Positions 54,069 through 63,391 of a DNA stretch of 64,000 nt are shown here, one piece after another. The stretch lies in the NCBI GenBank assembly GCA_035466435.1, contig DATIUW010000166.1, positions 15,823 through 79,822 on the forward strand, in the 5' to 3' direction. Numbering within the stretch: the stretch's first letter is position 1; each line of letters opens with the position of its first letter. Source of the stretch: Polyangiales bacterium (GTDB lineage Bacteria; Myxococcota_A; Polyangia; Polyangiales; Houyiibacteriaceae). Both the position numbers and the translations under genes were made by a program. Below the pieces are notes generated by a model that was not told where the DNA came from, did no database searches, and saw only the letters and a program-made list of their open reading frames with translations.

Positions 54069-57000
54069 TCTGGTTCCTCGGTCGGGATTCGGATGTCCCC
54101 CAAGAAATCATACCAATCGATCCCGTCGAGGATCCCCCACGCGTGTGGACTTTCTGCAAAATAAACGCGGGAGCGTCCGCGTAGACGTTCGAGCTCCGGT
54201 GTGTGATTGCTCACAACGACGCCCAACGTGTCTCCTGAAAGCATGTCCCAATCGTTTCCTGAATCGCCTGCGACGAGCAGCCGCTGCGGCTCGAGGTTCC
54301 ACTTGAAGCAGAAAAAGCGAATCGCGAGCCCCGGCGAAGCGCGCACGGGAACGACGTCGAGATATAGGCCGTGGTCGAGGATCGTCGTGACCCTGAGCCC
54401 TCGTTGGCGGACCATCCGCCGAATGTCTCGTATGTTGGGTGATCGCTCGGGATCCAGACGATAGCGAAGCCGGTATGGGGTTTCTGCCGAAGAGATTCGT
54501 TCGAGGCCTGGAATCGCGCCGACCACCTCCTCGACCTCGTTTCTGTCCCAGCGGTAGCGGATCTGTCGCTCCCACGAACGATCCGGAAGCATGTGCGTCC
54601 CGTAGTGCAGCTGGCTGCCCGCCGCAGTGATGAGAACGTCGGGCACGCGCACATCGAGCTCCTCGAGCAGCTCGATTGCCTCAGACAGCGTACGGCCGGT
54701 GGCGATGCCGAATCCGACCTGAGCCTCCGTGGTCTCCAAACGCTCCAGCAACGTACGCAAGGCCTCATCGTCTCCCGTGAGGGTGTCGTCGACGTCCGTC
54801 ACGAGGAGTCGATCCATGCCGGCGAGCTTCGTGCGCCGCCGAAACACCGGCGCGGGGCGGGTGCCCTTCATGACCTTGGTGACCTCTTGCATGTAGCGAG
54901 CCACGTGACTTTCCCACGCATAGGTCGCGTGTACGCCTTCGACCCCGCTCTCCGACCACCGGTTCCATCGATCCTCGTCGCTCAGGGCATCGCGCATGGC
55001 GGCGCCGATGGCAGCGTTGTCGAACGCATCGACCAAGAGTCCGTTCTGACAGGTCCCGATGATGTCTTGGGGCCCGCCGTCGTTCGTGGCCACCAGAGGA
55101 AGACCGGTGGCAGCCGCCTCCAGTAGCGTGAGACCGAACGGCTCGGTCAATGCTGGGTTTACGAAGACGCCTTTGCTCTTCGCCGCGAGACGGTAGAGCT
55201 CGGGCACGTCCGTCGAGTCGTGGTGCTTGGGATAGGCAGCCGATCCGTACAAGTCGTAGCGATCGATCAGCGTCAGAATCTGCGTGAGCACGCGACGCGC
55301 GCCCGGGCTCATCTCGTTGATGTCGTCTCGGTTGCCGGCGACGATGATCAGGTTTGCGATGTCGCGCAGCCCCTCGGTTTCTCCGAACGCGCGGATCAAG
55401 CCTTCGAAGTTCTTGCGCTCGTCGGCTCGGGCCAACGCCAAGAGCATCGGTTTGTCGGAGTCGGTGAGAAAACGATCCAGCTCGTCTGCGATCGCCGGAC
55501 GCTCCCACGAAGAGTCCGGGGGTCCGAAGCGAGAGAGGTCGACGCCGGGCGGAATCACCTCCATTCGGTCGGGTTCGTAGTGGTCGTAGAGCTCGTACTG
55601 CTCGCGAACCTCTTGATTCGTGCTTGCGATGACGAGCGCGGCGGTTTCGAGCGCGCGCTCTTCCGCTTCGATTCGAGCCGTGAACTGGTAGGTCTGCTCG
55701 TTGGCTTCGCCCCTCGATTCGAGACGTAGCTTCTTCACCCTGCCGAGAGAGTGCCCGGTGAAGACGAACGGTACTCCGAGGAGCTTCGACAAACGCGCAC
55801 CTACGTAGCCCGCGTCGGCATAGTGGCCGTGGATGAGATCCGGGGTCTGCTCCTGCATGCGGATGTACCGCGTCAATTGGTCGATCAGGCTGTCGAGATG
55901 AGGCCAGAGGGTCTCCTTGCGGAGGTAGCGCCTGGGGCCGAACGGAATGCGAACGATTTGGGCGCCTTCGCAGATGGGCTCGGAAGGCTCCGAGTAGACG
56001 TCATCGACGCGTTTGTCCTCGATGAGGCGGGTCACGACGTCGACGCGCGATACGTCCGGATGCTTCGCGAGCGCCCTCGCTTGGTCGATGACGTACGACA
56101 CCTGGCCGCCGGTGTCAGCGTCGCGGCCGAGCTCGATGTCCTTTGCACGCACCAGCCCGTGGATCGTCAACGACAGGATGTAGAGCTGTCGAGATCCAGG
56201 GGCGGGTATCGTGCCGGCGCTGGTATCCTTCGCCCAGTCCCCGAGGTGCCGCTCATAGAGCGTGAAATCGGTGGTGGTGGCGCCGCGGATGCCGCACAGG
56301 TCGGCAGCAAAAGCGGCAGCGCGCTCGAGCGCGGTTTGATGTTGCCACCCCTGAAGAAGGCCGAGACACATGACCGCGGCAAACGCGTCACCTGCGCCAA
56401 CGGTGTCGACGAAGCTCTTGATGGGGGGTGCCGGCGCATCATAGACGTGCTCGCCACCCACGACCGAGAGCGCGCCGCTCTGTCCTCGGGTGACGATCAA
56501 GCCTTGCATGTCGCGCTCGCGGGCCAGGCCGATGGCTACGTCGCGACACTGCTCGAACGACGAGATCGATTTGGAGGTCAGCTCGGCTAGCTCTCCCTCG
56601 TTGAGCTTGACCCAGTTCCCCGTAGACAAACACCAATCGATCTTGTCCTTCGTCCACCAGGGATCACGGAGATTGAAGTCGATGAACGAGGGCGCATCGA
56701 GCTCGTCTCGGAGGGCTCGAAGGGCGTTCCAGCTTTCCTCGGAGCGGAGCGCCAAGGTGCCGTGATAGAGAAGCCCGGCCGGCTCCTCGGACACCGCCTC
56801 CAAAGCAGGGGCGGATTGGATGAAGTCCCAAGCTTGGGCAGGCGCGATCTCGTAGCGATTTTCTCCATCGACGACCGAAGCGGTCACGCTGCCCGTCGCG
56901 TGCTCGGCATCCGACTGTATGCCATCGGTGGTGAGGTCCCAGCTGGTCATCCGCTCCAGCACCTCGCGGCCCTCGGCATCCTCGCCGACGGCGCTTATGA

Positions 57001-57136
57001 CGAGCGGATTGGAGCCGAACCCTCGCAAATGCCATGCGACGTTGAATGGAGCCCCGCCCAACACGCGGCTCCCATCGGGAAAATGATCGAACAAGACCTC
57101 CCCGAATATGACAGGTCGTTTGTGAAATCGGTGCAC
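54065..57136 (-). CDS. Three-domain fusion: PfkB fructokinase-like + sucrose-phosphate synthase (GT4) + sucrose-phosphate phosphatase-like HAD domain
   Basis: aa 1-320 are PfkB kinase (VIFGEVLFD..., GAPFNVA, DTVGAGDAF). aa 321-765 are SPS-like (HGLVRAKDIELGRDADTGGQVSYV, HGHYADAG, FTGHSLG, PALTEPFGLTLLEAAATGLP). aa 766-1023 are SPP-like with intact HAD motifs (LLVTDVDDTL, AGDSGNDWDML). GTG start at 57136. Confidence 0.85.
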   Translation of the reverse strand: MHRFHKRPVIFGEVLFDHFPDGSRVLGGAPFNVAWHLRGFGSNPLVISAVGEDAEGREVLERMTSWDLTTDGIQSDAEHATGSVTASVVDGENRYEIAPAQAWDFIQSAPALEAVSEEPAGLLYHGTLALRSEESWNALRALRDELDAPSFIDFNLRDPWWTKDKIDWCLSTGNWVKLNEGELAELTSKSISSFEQCRDVAIGLARERDMQGLIVTRGQSGALSVVGGEHVYDAPAPPIKSFVDTVGAGDAFAAVMCLGLLQGWQHQTALERAAAFAADLCGIRGATTTDFTLYERHLGDWAKDTSAGTIPAPGSRQLYILSLTIHGLVRAKDIELGRDADTGGQVSYVIDQARALAKHPDVSRVDVVTRLIEDKRVDDVYSEPSEPICEGAQIVRIPFGPRRYLRKETLWPHLDSLIDQLTRYIRMQEQTPDLIHGHYADAGYVGARLSKLLGVPFVFTGHSLGRVKKLRLESRGEANEQTYQFTARIEAEERALETAALVIASTNQEVREQYELYDHYEPDRMEVIPPGVDLSRFGPPDSSWERPAIADELDRFLTDSDKPMLLALARADERKNFEGLIRAFGETEGLRDIANLIIVAGNRDDINEMSPGARRVLTQILTLIDRYDLYGSAAYPKHHDSTDVPELYRLAAKSKGVFVNPALTEPFGLTLLEAAATGLPLVATNDGGPQDIIGTCQNGLLVDAFDNAAIGAAMRDALSDEDRWNRWSESGVEGVHATYAWESHVARYMQEVTKVMKGTRPAPVFRRRTKLAGMDRLLVTDVDDTLTGDDEALRTLLERLETTEAQVGFGIATGRTLSEAIELLEELDVRVPDVLITAAGSQLHYGTHMLPDRSWERQIRYRWDRNEVEEVVGAIPGLERISSAETPYRLRYRLDPERSPNIRDIRRMVRQRGLRVTTILDHGLYLDVVPVRASPGLAIRFFCFKWNLEPQRLLVAGDSGNDWDMLSGDTLGVVVSNHTPELERLRGRSRVYFAESPHAWGILDGIDWYDFLGDIRIPTEEPE

Positions 57137-57187
57137 GGGCTCTCAGCTCACGCCTCGTTTGGTCCAGGCGGGTTCGGTCCTCGCTAG

Positions 57188-57205
57188 GCTCACGTCGACG
57201 TGAGC
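57188..57205. promoter_or_regulatory. Perfect 18-bp palindrome GCTCACGTCGACGTGAGC (candidate operator)
   Basis: Read directly from the sequence. It lies 52-69 nt upstream of the fusion gene start (57136, minus strand) and about 105 nt upstream of the dsbA-like ATG (57311). Confidence 0.45.
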
Positions 57206-57310
57206 ATAACACGATACATGCTCGCGTCAGTTTCGCCGTGCCGCCGAGCGCGCTGGCCGTGCTAGAAGGAGCCGAGATACGCTTGAACCGTGATATGAGG
57301 AAACGAGGAC

Positions 57311-58135
57311 ATGACTAGCTTCTCCACCGCATCGAGACTGGCCGCCTTATTCGCGGCAGGGGCCATTTCGTTTGGGTGCCGCGCCGAAAAGCAGCAGGAA
57401 GAAAGCACCGAAGCCGCCACGCTCGAAACGCAGGCCGTCGACGAGACCGCCGGCAGCCAGTTGACGTCGGAACCCGAGGCCGCCGTCCAGAAGATGGCCC
57501 CGCCTCCTACCGATCAGCCGGACCCGAGAGCGACCTATTACGTTCCGCTCACTGGCGATGAGCCGCAGAAAGGCCCGGACGACGCGATATTCACCATCGT
57601 GGCCTTCAGCGATTATCAGTGTCCGTTCTGCAAGAACATGGAGCCGGTACTCGAGGAGCTGCGTGCCAAGTACCCCGACGACCTGAGAATCGTCTGGATG
57701 CAGTTTCCACTTTCGGGCCATTCCCATGCGAGAGCCGCTGCGACGGCCGCACTCGAGGCTCAGGCGCAAAAAGGCGACGAAGGGTACTGGCAGATGCACG
57801 ACAAGCTGTTTGCGAATCAGCACGCGCTCGGCCGTCAGGACCTGGAGCGCTACGCGAAAGAGATGGGCCTCGACATGCGCAAGTTTCGCCGTGCGCTCGA
57901 TACGGACGCGCACGCTGACGTCATCGACCGACAGATCCGCCTCGGCACCAACCTCGGCTTTCGCGGGACACCGGCGTTTTACATGAACGGACGGTTCATT
58001 CCGGGCTTGCCACTACCCGCCTGGGAGAGCGCAATCCGGTTGCGGGGGCCGATCTACAGACGGATGGTTCAGACGGGTGTCTCCCGCCCGCAGCTCTACG
58101 AGGTTCTCATCGCCGACGGAAAGAAAACCCTCTAG
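57311..58135 (+). CDS. DsbA-family thiol:disulfide oxidoreductase, lipoprotein
   Basis: Signal/lipobox LAALFAAGAISFGC and CPFC active site in FSDYQCPFCKNMEP within a thioredoxin-like domain. GAGGAAACGAGGA SD upstream. Confidence 0.8.
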   Translation: MTSFSTASRLAALFAAGAISFGCRAEKQQEESTEAATLETQAVDETAGSQLTSEPEAAVQKMAPPPTDQPDPRATYYVPLTGDEPQKGPDDAIFTIVAFSDYQCPFCKNMEPVLEELRAKYPDDLRIVWMQFPLSGHSHARAAATAALEAQAQKGDEGYWQMHDKLFANQHALGRQDLERYAKEMGLDMRKFRRALDTDAHADVIDRQIRLGTNLGFRGTPAFYMNGRFIPGLPLPAWESAIRLRGPIYRRMVQTGVSRPQLYEVLIADGKKTL

Positions 58136-58202
58136 CAGGAGGACTGTCCGTGGAGGGTCTCGGCTCTCGGGCCCCGGACCTCGATCCTCGACAGCCTCAC
58201 CC

Positions 58203-60890
58203 TCAGTGCGCTGCGCCCCAGCTCGCTCCCCAGGCTGCTTCGACCGGGAGTGGAACCGACAGCGGGACTGCGTTTTGCATCCGTTCGAGGACCAACTGCT
58301 CGAGCGCGACGTGTTCTTCGGGCGGTGACTCGAACACCAGCTCGTCGTGCACGGTCAGCACCATTCGACTCTGCAGGCGCTGCGTTTCCAAGTCATCCTG
58401 TATGCGCACCATCGCGACTTTCATGATGTCCGCTGCCGTTCCCTGAATCGGTGTGTTGCGGGCGATGCGCTCCGCGCCGGCTCGAAGGTTGTGATTGCGG
58501 CTTCGGATGTCAGGTAGCGTGCGACGCCGCCCCAGAAGCGTGGTGACGAAGCCGTTTGCGCGTGCGTCCTCGACGACCTGGTCGAGGAACGACTTGACGC
58601 CCGCATATTGATCGAAGAACGCGTCGATGTAGCGTTTGGCTTCGCTGCGCTCGATCTTCAGGTTTCGGGCCAGCGCAAATTGCGTTTGTCCGTAGATGAC
58701 GGCGAAGTTCACGGTTTTGGCTTGCCCCCGCATCACCTTGGTGACCTCCTCGGGCCGCACGCCGAATAGTGCGCATGCTGTCTGCACGTGGACGTCGTCA
58801 CCACGGGAGAATGCTTCGACCAAGGCTCGGTCCCTACTGAGGTGGGCGAGCACTCGGAGCTCGATCTGCGAGTAGTCCGCGGCCAGCATGGACCAGCCTT
58901 GCGCCGGGATGAAGGCCCCGCGCACGCGACGACCCATCTCGGTCCGAATCGGAATGTTCTGCAGGTTCGGGTCGCTCGACGACAGACGGCCGGTTGCGGC
59001 CACCAGTTGGTTGTAACGCGTGTGAATACGGCCTGTTTCCGGATTCACCTCCCGCGGCAAAGCGTCTAGATACGTGCTCTTGAGCTTCGAAACCGATCTG
59101 TATTCGAGAATGGCCTCCGGAAGCGGATGCATGACCGCGAGCTCTTCCAGGACGCCCTGATCAGTCGAGCGAGCCGTCTTCGTCTTCTTGATGACCGGGA
59201 GGTCGAGCTCGTCGAAGAGGATGGTCTCGAGCTGTCGGGGCGAGGACACGTTGAAGTCGTGGCCGGCGAGCTCGGTGCACCGCGCGTGCAACGTTTCGAG
59301 CAGCGTGTCGGCTTCCCTTGCGAGTCGTTCGAGGAGCTCCGTGTCGACCCGGATCCCGTTGAGCTCCATCGTCGCCAGGACTCCCGCGAGCGGCAGCTCG
59401 ATGTCGTAGAAAAGCCGGTGGAACTCGCCCTCGTGCATGCGGGGCGTCAGAAGCTGGCTCAAGCGGAAAGTGAAGTCGGCCCGCTCGTTTGCATAGCGCG
59501 AGGCCGAATCGATCTCCACTTGATCCCAGGTGAGCGACTTCTTTCCCTTTCCGAGAAAGGCGCCCTCCTCGCTCAGCTCTCCGTCGAGCTCCTGGCGCGC
59601 GACGTCCTCGAGGCGATGTGCATGCCGGGCGGGATCGAGCAGATAGCTCGCCAGCGACGGATCGAAGTCGACGCCCCGCAACGTGACGCGCTGGCGCGCC
59701 CAAAAAACCATTTCGCGTTTGGCGAGGGTCTGCTTCGGAATCAGCGAATTTTCCAGCAGAGGCTGGAGAATGACCTTGGCCTCATTCCAGCTCAAATGCT
59801 CGGGGGCGCCGATGTAGCGATGGCCGAGTGGTACGTAGGCACTGACGCTTTCCAGCCAGCTGAACGCGATCCCGACCAGCTCCGCGCGGATGGGGTCGTC
59901 TACGTCTAGGACCGAGTACAGGGCGACGCTTCCGGCATTGCGGATGGCATTGACGATCCGTGTCAGGCTTTCGGCGTCCGTGATGGTCTCGTAGTGCCCT
60001 TCGACGGCGGGGGCCGGCTCGAGCTGCGCCAGTAGGCGGGTGAGCTCCAGCTCGCTGAAGAGGTTTCGCAAGGCGGCAGGATTGCCCCCACCGTACAGCC
60101 GGTTGGCAGCCTCCGAGCCGATCGGGACGTCATCACGAAGCGTCACGAGCGCGCGGGACGCGATGGCGTCCTCGCGATGGGCGGTCAATCGCTCTTTGAG
60201 CGCCTTGCGTTTGATGTCGTCCAGGTGGTCGTAGACGCCATCCAAGCTTCCGTATTCCTCCAAGAGCTTGGCAGCGGTCTTCTGACCCACCGATGGGACC
60301 CCGGGTATGTTGTCCGAGCTGTCGCCCATCAGCGCGAGAAGGTCGCGCACTTGGTCCGGGCCGACGCCGAGCTTTTCCCGTGTTTCCTCGGGTCCGAAGA
60401 CCTTGTTCCGCATGGTGTCGTACATCACGACCTCGGGTCCGACGAGTTGCAGCAGGTCCTTGTCGGCGCTCACGATGACGACGCGCAGCCCAGTTTCGCG
60501 GGCCTGTTTCACGATGGTGGCGATGATGTCGTCCGCCTCGAATCCGGGGGCCTCGATTGGAGTCATACCCCAGGCCTCGGCGATCTCCCGGACCCTCTGC
60601 ATTTGTTGTTGAAGGTCGGGAGGCGCCGGAGGCCGGTTTGCCTTGTAGGCGTCGAAGATGTCTTTGCGAAACGATCCCTCCTTCGAATCCATCGCAACGA
60701 TGAGCCGCTTCGGGTCGCGTTCTCGGAGGAGCTTGAGCAGCATGCTCGAGACGCCCGCGACTGCGTGGGTCGGCTCGCCCTTGCTGTTCGAAAGTGGGGG
60801 TAACGCGTGGTAGGCTCGAAATACATAGGAGCTGATGTCGATGACGTAGATCGTCTTCGCATCTCCCTTCTGCGGCAGCGCTTCCACCAT
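58203..60890 (-). CDS. polA: DNA polymerase I
   Basis: N-terminal 5'-3' exonuclease region (IYVIDISSYVFRAYHA...). Pol I motifs A (LLAADYSQIELRVLAH), B (RGQAKTVNFAVIYG) and C (LTVHDELVFE); 895 aa. Confidence 0.95.
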   Translation of the reverse strand: MVEALPQKGDAKTIYVIDISSYVFRAYHALPPLSNSKGEPTHAVAGVSSMLLKLLRERDPKRLIVAMDSKEGSFRKDIFDAYKANRPPAPPDLQQQMQRVREIAEAWGMTPIEAPGFEADDIIATIVKQARETGLRVVIVSADKDLLQLVGPEVVMYDTMRNKVFGPEETREKLGVGPDQVRDLLALMGDSSDNIPGVPSVGQKTAAKLLEEYGSLDGVYDHLDDIKRKALKERLTAHREDAIASRALVTLRDDVPIGSEAANRLYGGGNPAALRNLFSELELTRLLAQLEPAPAVEGHYETITDAESLTRIVNAIRNAGSVALYSVLDVDDPIRAELVGIAFSWLESVSAYVPLGHRYIGAPEHLSWNEAKVILQPLLENSLIPKQTLAKREMVFWARQRVTLRGVDFDPSLASYLLDPARHAHRLEDVARQELDGELSEEGAFLGKGKKSLTWDQVEIDSASRYANERADFTFRLSQLLTPRMHEGEFHRLFYDIELPLAGVLATMELNGIRVDTELLERLAREADTLLETLHARCTELAGHDFNVSSPRQLETILFDELDLPVIKKTKTARSTDQGVLEELAVMHPLPEAILEYRSVSKLKSTYLDALPREVNPETGRIHTRYNQLVAATGRLSSSDPNLQNIPIRTEMGRRVRGAFIPAQGWSMLAADYSQIELRVLAHLSRDRALVEAFSRGDDVHVQTACALFGVRPEEVTKVMRGQAKTVNFAVIYGQTQFALARNLKIERSEAKRYIDAFFDQYAGVKSFLDQVVEDARANGFVTTLLGRRRTLPDIRSRNHNLRAGAERIARNTPIQGTAADIMKVAMVRIQDDLETQRLQSRMVLTVHDELVFESPPEEHVALEQLVLERMQNAVPLSVPLPVEAAWGASWGAAH

Positions 60891-61002
60891 GAAGCGGGAC
60901 CATCCAACGCCGTAAACCGCTGGTCAAGGAGGCAAGCAGGTTGCGTGCCCGCTTCGGCCCATGCTACGCGCACCAGCCACAGACCCAGCTTTACCGACCC
61001 GT

Positions 61003-62583
61003 ATGTTTGAAACGCTCACCAAAGGCTTTCGCAACGCTCGAAATCGCCTCGCCGGCGTCACCGAGCTGACCGAAGAGAACATCGATCAGGCGCTCCGCGA
61101 CGTGCGCCTCTCGCTGCTCGAGGCGGACGTCGAGCTAGGCGTGACCAAGTCGTTTCTGGCTCGGGTGAAGGAGAAAGCCGTCGGCCAAGTCGTCGATACG
61201 GCAGCCAAGGCCAAGGGCCGAAAGGTCAAGATCGGTCCTGCCGAACGGTTCGTGAAGATCTGCCAAGACGAGCTGGAAGCGATGATGGATTTCGACGGCG
61301 AGCCCGTCGAATTCGCGAAGAAGCCCAAGCCGACCGGCATCATGATGGTGGGCCTTCAGGGCTCCGGTAAGACCACCACGGCAGCCAAGCTCGCGCTGTT
61401 GCTCGAGAAGGAGCACGACAGAAAACCGCTTCTCGTGGCGGCCGACGTCGCACGACCAGGGGCAATCGAGCAGCTCGAGGTGCTCGGCTCACAGATCGAC
61501 GTTCCCGTCTTTTCGATTCCGGGTGGGCAGCCGCTCGAAATCTGCAAGCGAGGACTGGCGCACGCCAAAAAGCTCAAGTGCGACACGATCATCTACGATA
61601 CCGCCGGCCGACTCGCCATCGACGAGCCGCTCATGAAGGAGCTCGACGACATTCGATCCTCCATCGAGCCGCAGAACGTCTTTCTCGTGGTCGACGCCAT
61701 GATCGGTCAAGACTCGGTCAAGACCGCCAAATCCTTTCATGACCTACTCGGCTTGAGCGGTGTCATTCTCACGAAGCTCGATGGCGACGCGCGGGGCGGC
61801 GCAGCCCTCTCCATCAAGAACGTCACCGGGACGGCCGTGAAATTCGTCGGTACTGGAGAGACGCTCGATCGTCTCGAAGAGTTCCGGGCCGAGGGCATGG
61901 CCAGCCGGATTCTCGGCATGGGTGACGTCGTCGGCCTGATGAAGGATTTCGAGGAGGTCGTCGACGAGAAGAAAGCCGAGCAGGACGCCAGACGCATGCT
62001 GCGCGGACAGTTCACGCTGGATGACTTTCTCGAGCAGCTCCAGACGCTTCAGAACATGGGCCCTCTTCAGGACCTGCTCGACAAGGTGCCGTTCTTCGCG
62101 GACAGCGTACCTGACGGGTTCCAAGTCGACGAGCGGGAAATCGGACAGATCAAGGCCATCGTGAGCTCGATGACCCGCGAGGAGCGAGCGGGCGCGGAGC
62201 TGTTTCAAAAGCAACCCGCCCGAATCGTTCGTGTGGCCAAGGGCTCCGGCACGAGCGAGAAACAAGTTGCAGAGATCCTGCAGCGGTTCGCCTTCATGAA
62301 GCAGATGATGGGCAGCATCGGGTCGCAGGCCGGCATGCTGTCGAAGATTCCAGGCATGAAGCAGTTGGCTGCTGCGAATCGGCTCCGAGACGCCGTGAAG
62401 ACTGGCGGGCTCGAAGGAAATCCGATGATGGCGAATCTGGCCGACAGCCTGCTCGAAGCGGCGATCGCCGAGCAGGGTGGCCATCCGGGAGGCGGTCCCG
62501 CGCCCAGGCGCGTCGTCGACAAAGGAAAGAAGAAGTCGAAGCGAAAGATGCAGAAGAAATCCCGGCGTAAGTCCCGGCGATGA
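61003..62583 (+). CDS. ffh: Signal recognition particle protein Ffh with Lys/Arg-rich C-terminal tail
   Basis: MFETLTKGFRNARNRL N-domain start, GTPase motifs GLQGSGKTTTAAKLA, DTAGRL and TKLDGDARGG, and a Met-rich M domain. The tail reads KGKKKSKRKMQKKSRRKSRR. Confidence 0.95.
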   Translation: MFETLTKGFRNARNRLAGVTELTEENIDQALRDVRLSLLEADVELGVTKSFLARVKEKAVGQVVDTAAKAKGRKVKIGPAERFVKICQDELEAMMDFDGEPVEFAKKPKPTGIMMVGLQGSGKTTTAAKLALLLEKEHDRKPLLVAADVARPGAIEQLEVLGSQIDVPVFSIPGGQPLEICKRGLAHAKKLKCDTIIYDTAGRLAIDEPLMKELDDIRSSIEPQNVFLVVDAMIGQDSVKTAKSFHDLLGLSGVILTKLDGDARGGAALSIKNVTGTAVKFVGTGETLDRLEEFRAEGMASRILGMGDVVGLMKDFEEVVDEKKAEQDARRMLRGQFTLDDFLEQLQTLQNMGPLQDLLDKVPFFADSVPDGFQVDEREIGQIKAIVSSMTREERAGAELFQKQPARIVRVAKGSGTSEKQVAEILQRFAFMKQMMGSIGSQAGMLSKIPGMKQLAAANRLRDAVKTGGLEGNPMMANLADSLLEAAIAEQGGHPGGGPAPRRVVDKGKKKSKRKMQKKSRRKSRR

Positions 62584-63362
62584 GTCCTCGCCGCTCGAAG
62601 ACTTCGTTTTTCATCTTCCTTCTGTTCGCGATCGCGTCCTGCAAGCGCGAGCCCGAGCGGCGCGAATCGAGCGTCATGCCGAGTCTGGTCGTCGTTTTTG
62701 CCGCAATCCCTCCACGGATTGATGGCTCCCTCGCAGACTCCGCCTGGAGCCTCGCGAACAGCACTGGTCCCTTCGTGGCGACGCGTGATGGCGGCCCTGC
62801 GCCGGTGAAGGCTTCGGCGAAGCTCTCCTGGGATGACGACCATTTGTACGTGGCAGTCGAAGTGCGAGACCCGCTGCTCCTGGCGAGTCACAAAGAGCGC
62901 GACGCCCATCTCTGGGAGCAGGATTGTATCGAGCTGATGGTCGCTCCGGAGGGCGACCAGAGCTACTTCGAGATCGAAGTGTCGCCTCGGGGTGCCACGT
63001 TCGACACCCGCTTCGATGCGCGGCGCGTGCCTGCTCCGTTCGGGCACGTGGACTGGGACAGCAAAGCCCGCGTCGCCGTGATCACGCGCGGCGAGATCGA
63101 CGACGACCGTGCAGACGCAGGGTATTCGGTCGAGATGGCGATCCCGTGGCAGACGTTCAGTCCCGCGGGCGTCCGTGCCCGGCCGCCGGCACCCGGAGAC
63201 GAATGGCGCGCCAACCTCTACGTGTTGGACCGTCGACGAGACGGCCAGCATGCGGCAGCCTGGTCACCGGTGGGCACCGGTGATTTTCACGTGCCCGAAC
63301 GATTCGGCAGTCTCGAGTTCGAACGCCCGGAAAGACTTGAATCGACTGAGGCCTCTCACTAG
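62580..63362 (+). CDS. Carbohydrate-binding family 9-like (CBM9/DOMON-like) lipoprotein
   Basis: FIFLLFAIASC lipobox. IDGSLADSAW...WDDDHLYVAVEVRDP...DCIELMV...YFEIEVSPRG...GYSVEMAIPW pattern typical of CBM9-like domains. ATGA overlap with ffh at 62580-62583. Confidence 0.65.
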   Translation: MSPRRSKTSFFIFLLFAIASCKREPERRESSVMPSLVVVFAAIPPRIDGSLADSAWSLANSTGPFVATRDGGPAPVKASAKLSWDDDHLYVAVEVRDPLLLASHKERDAHLWEQDCIELMVAPEGDQSYFEIEVSPRGATFDTRFDARRVPAPFGHVDWDSKARVAVITRGEIDDDRADAGYSVEMAIPWQTFSPAGVRARPPAPGDEWRANLYVLDRRRDGQHAAAWSPVGTGDFHVPERFGSLEFERPERLESTEASH

Positions 63363-63391
63363 GGTCTACCTGGGCGGGTCGACCCCCACAC

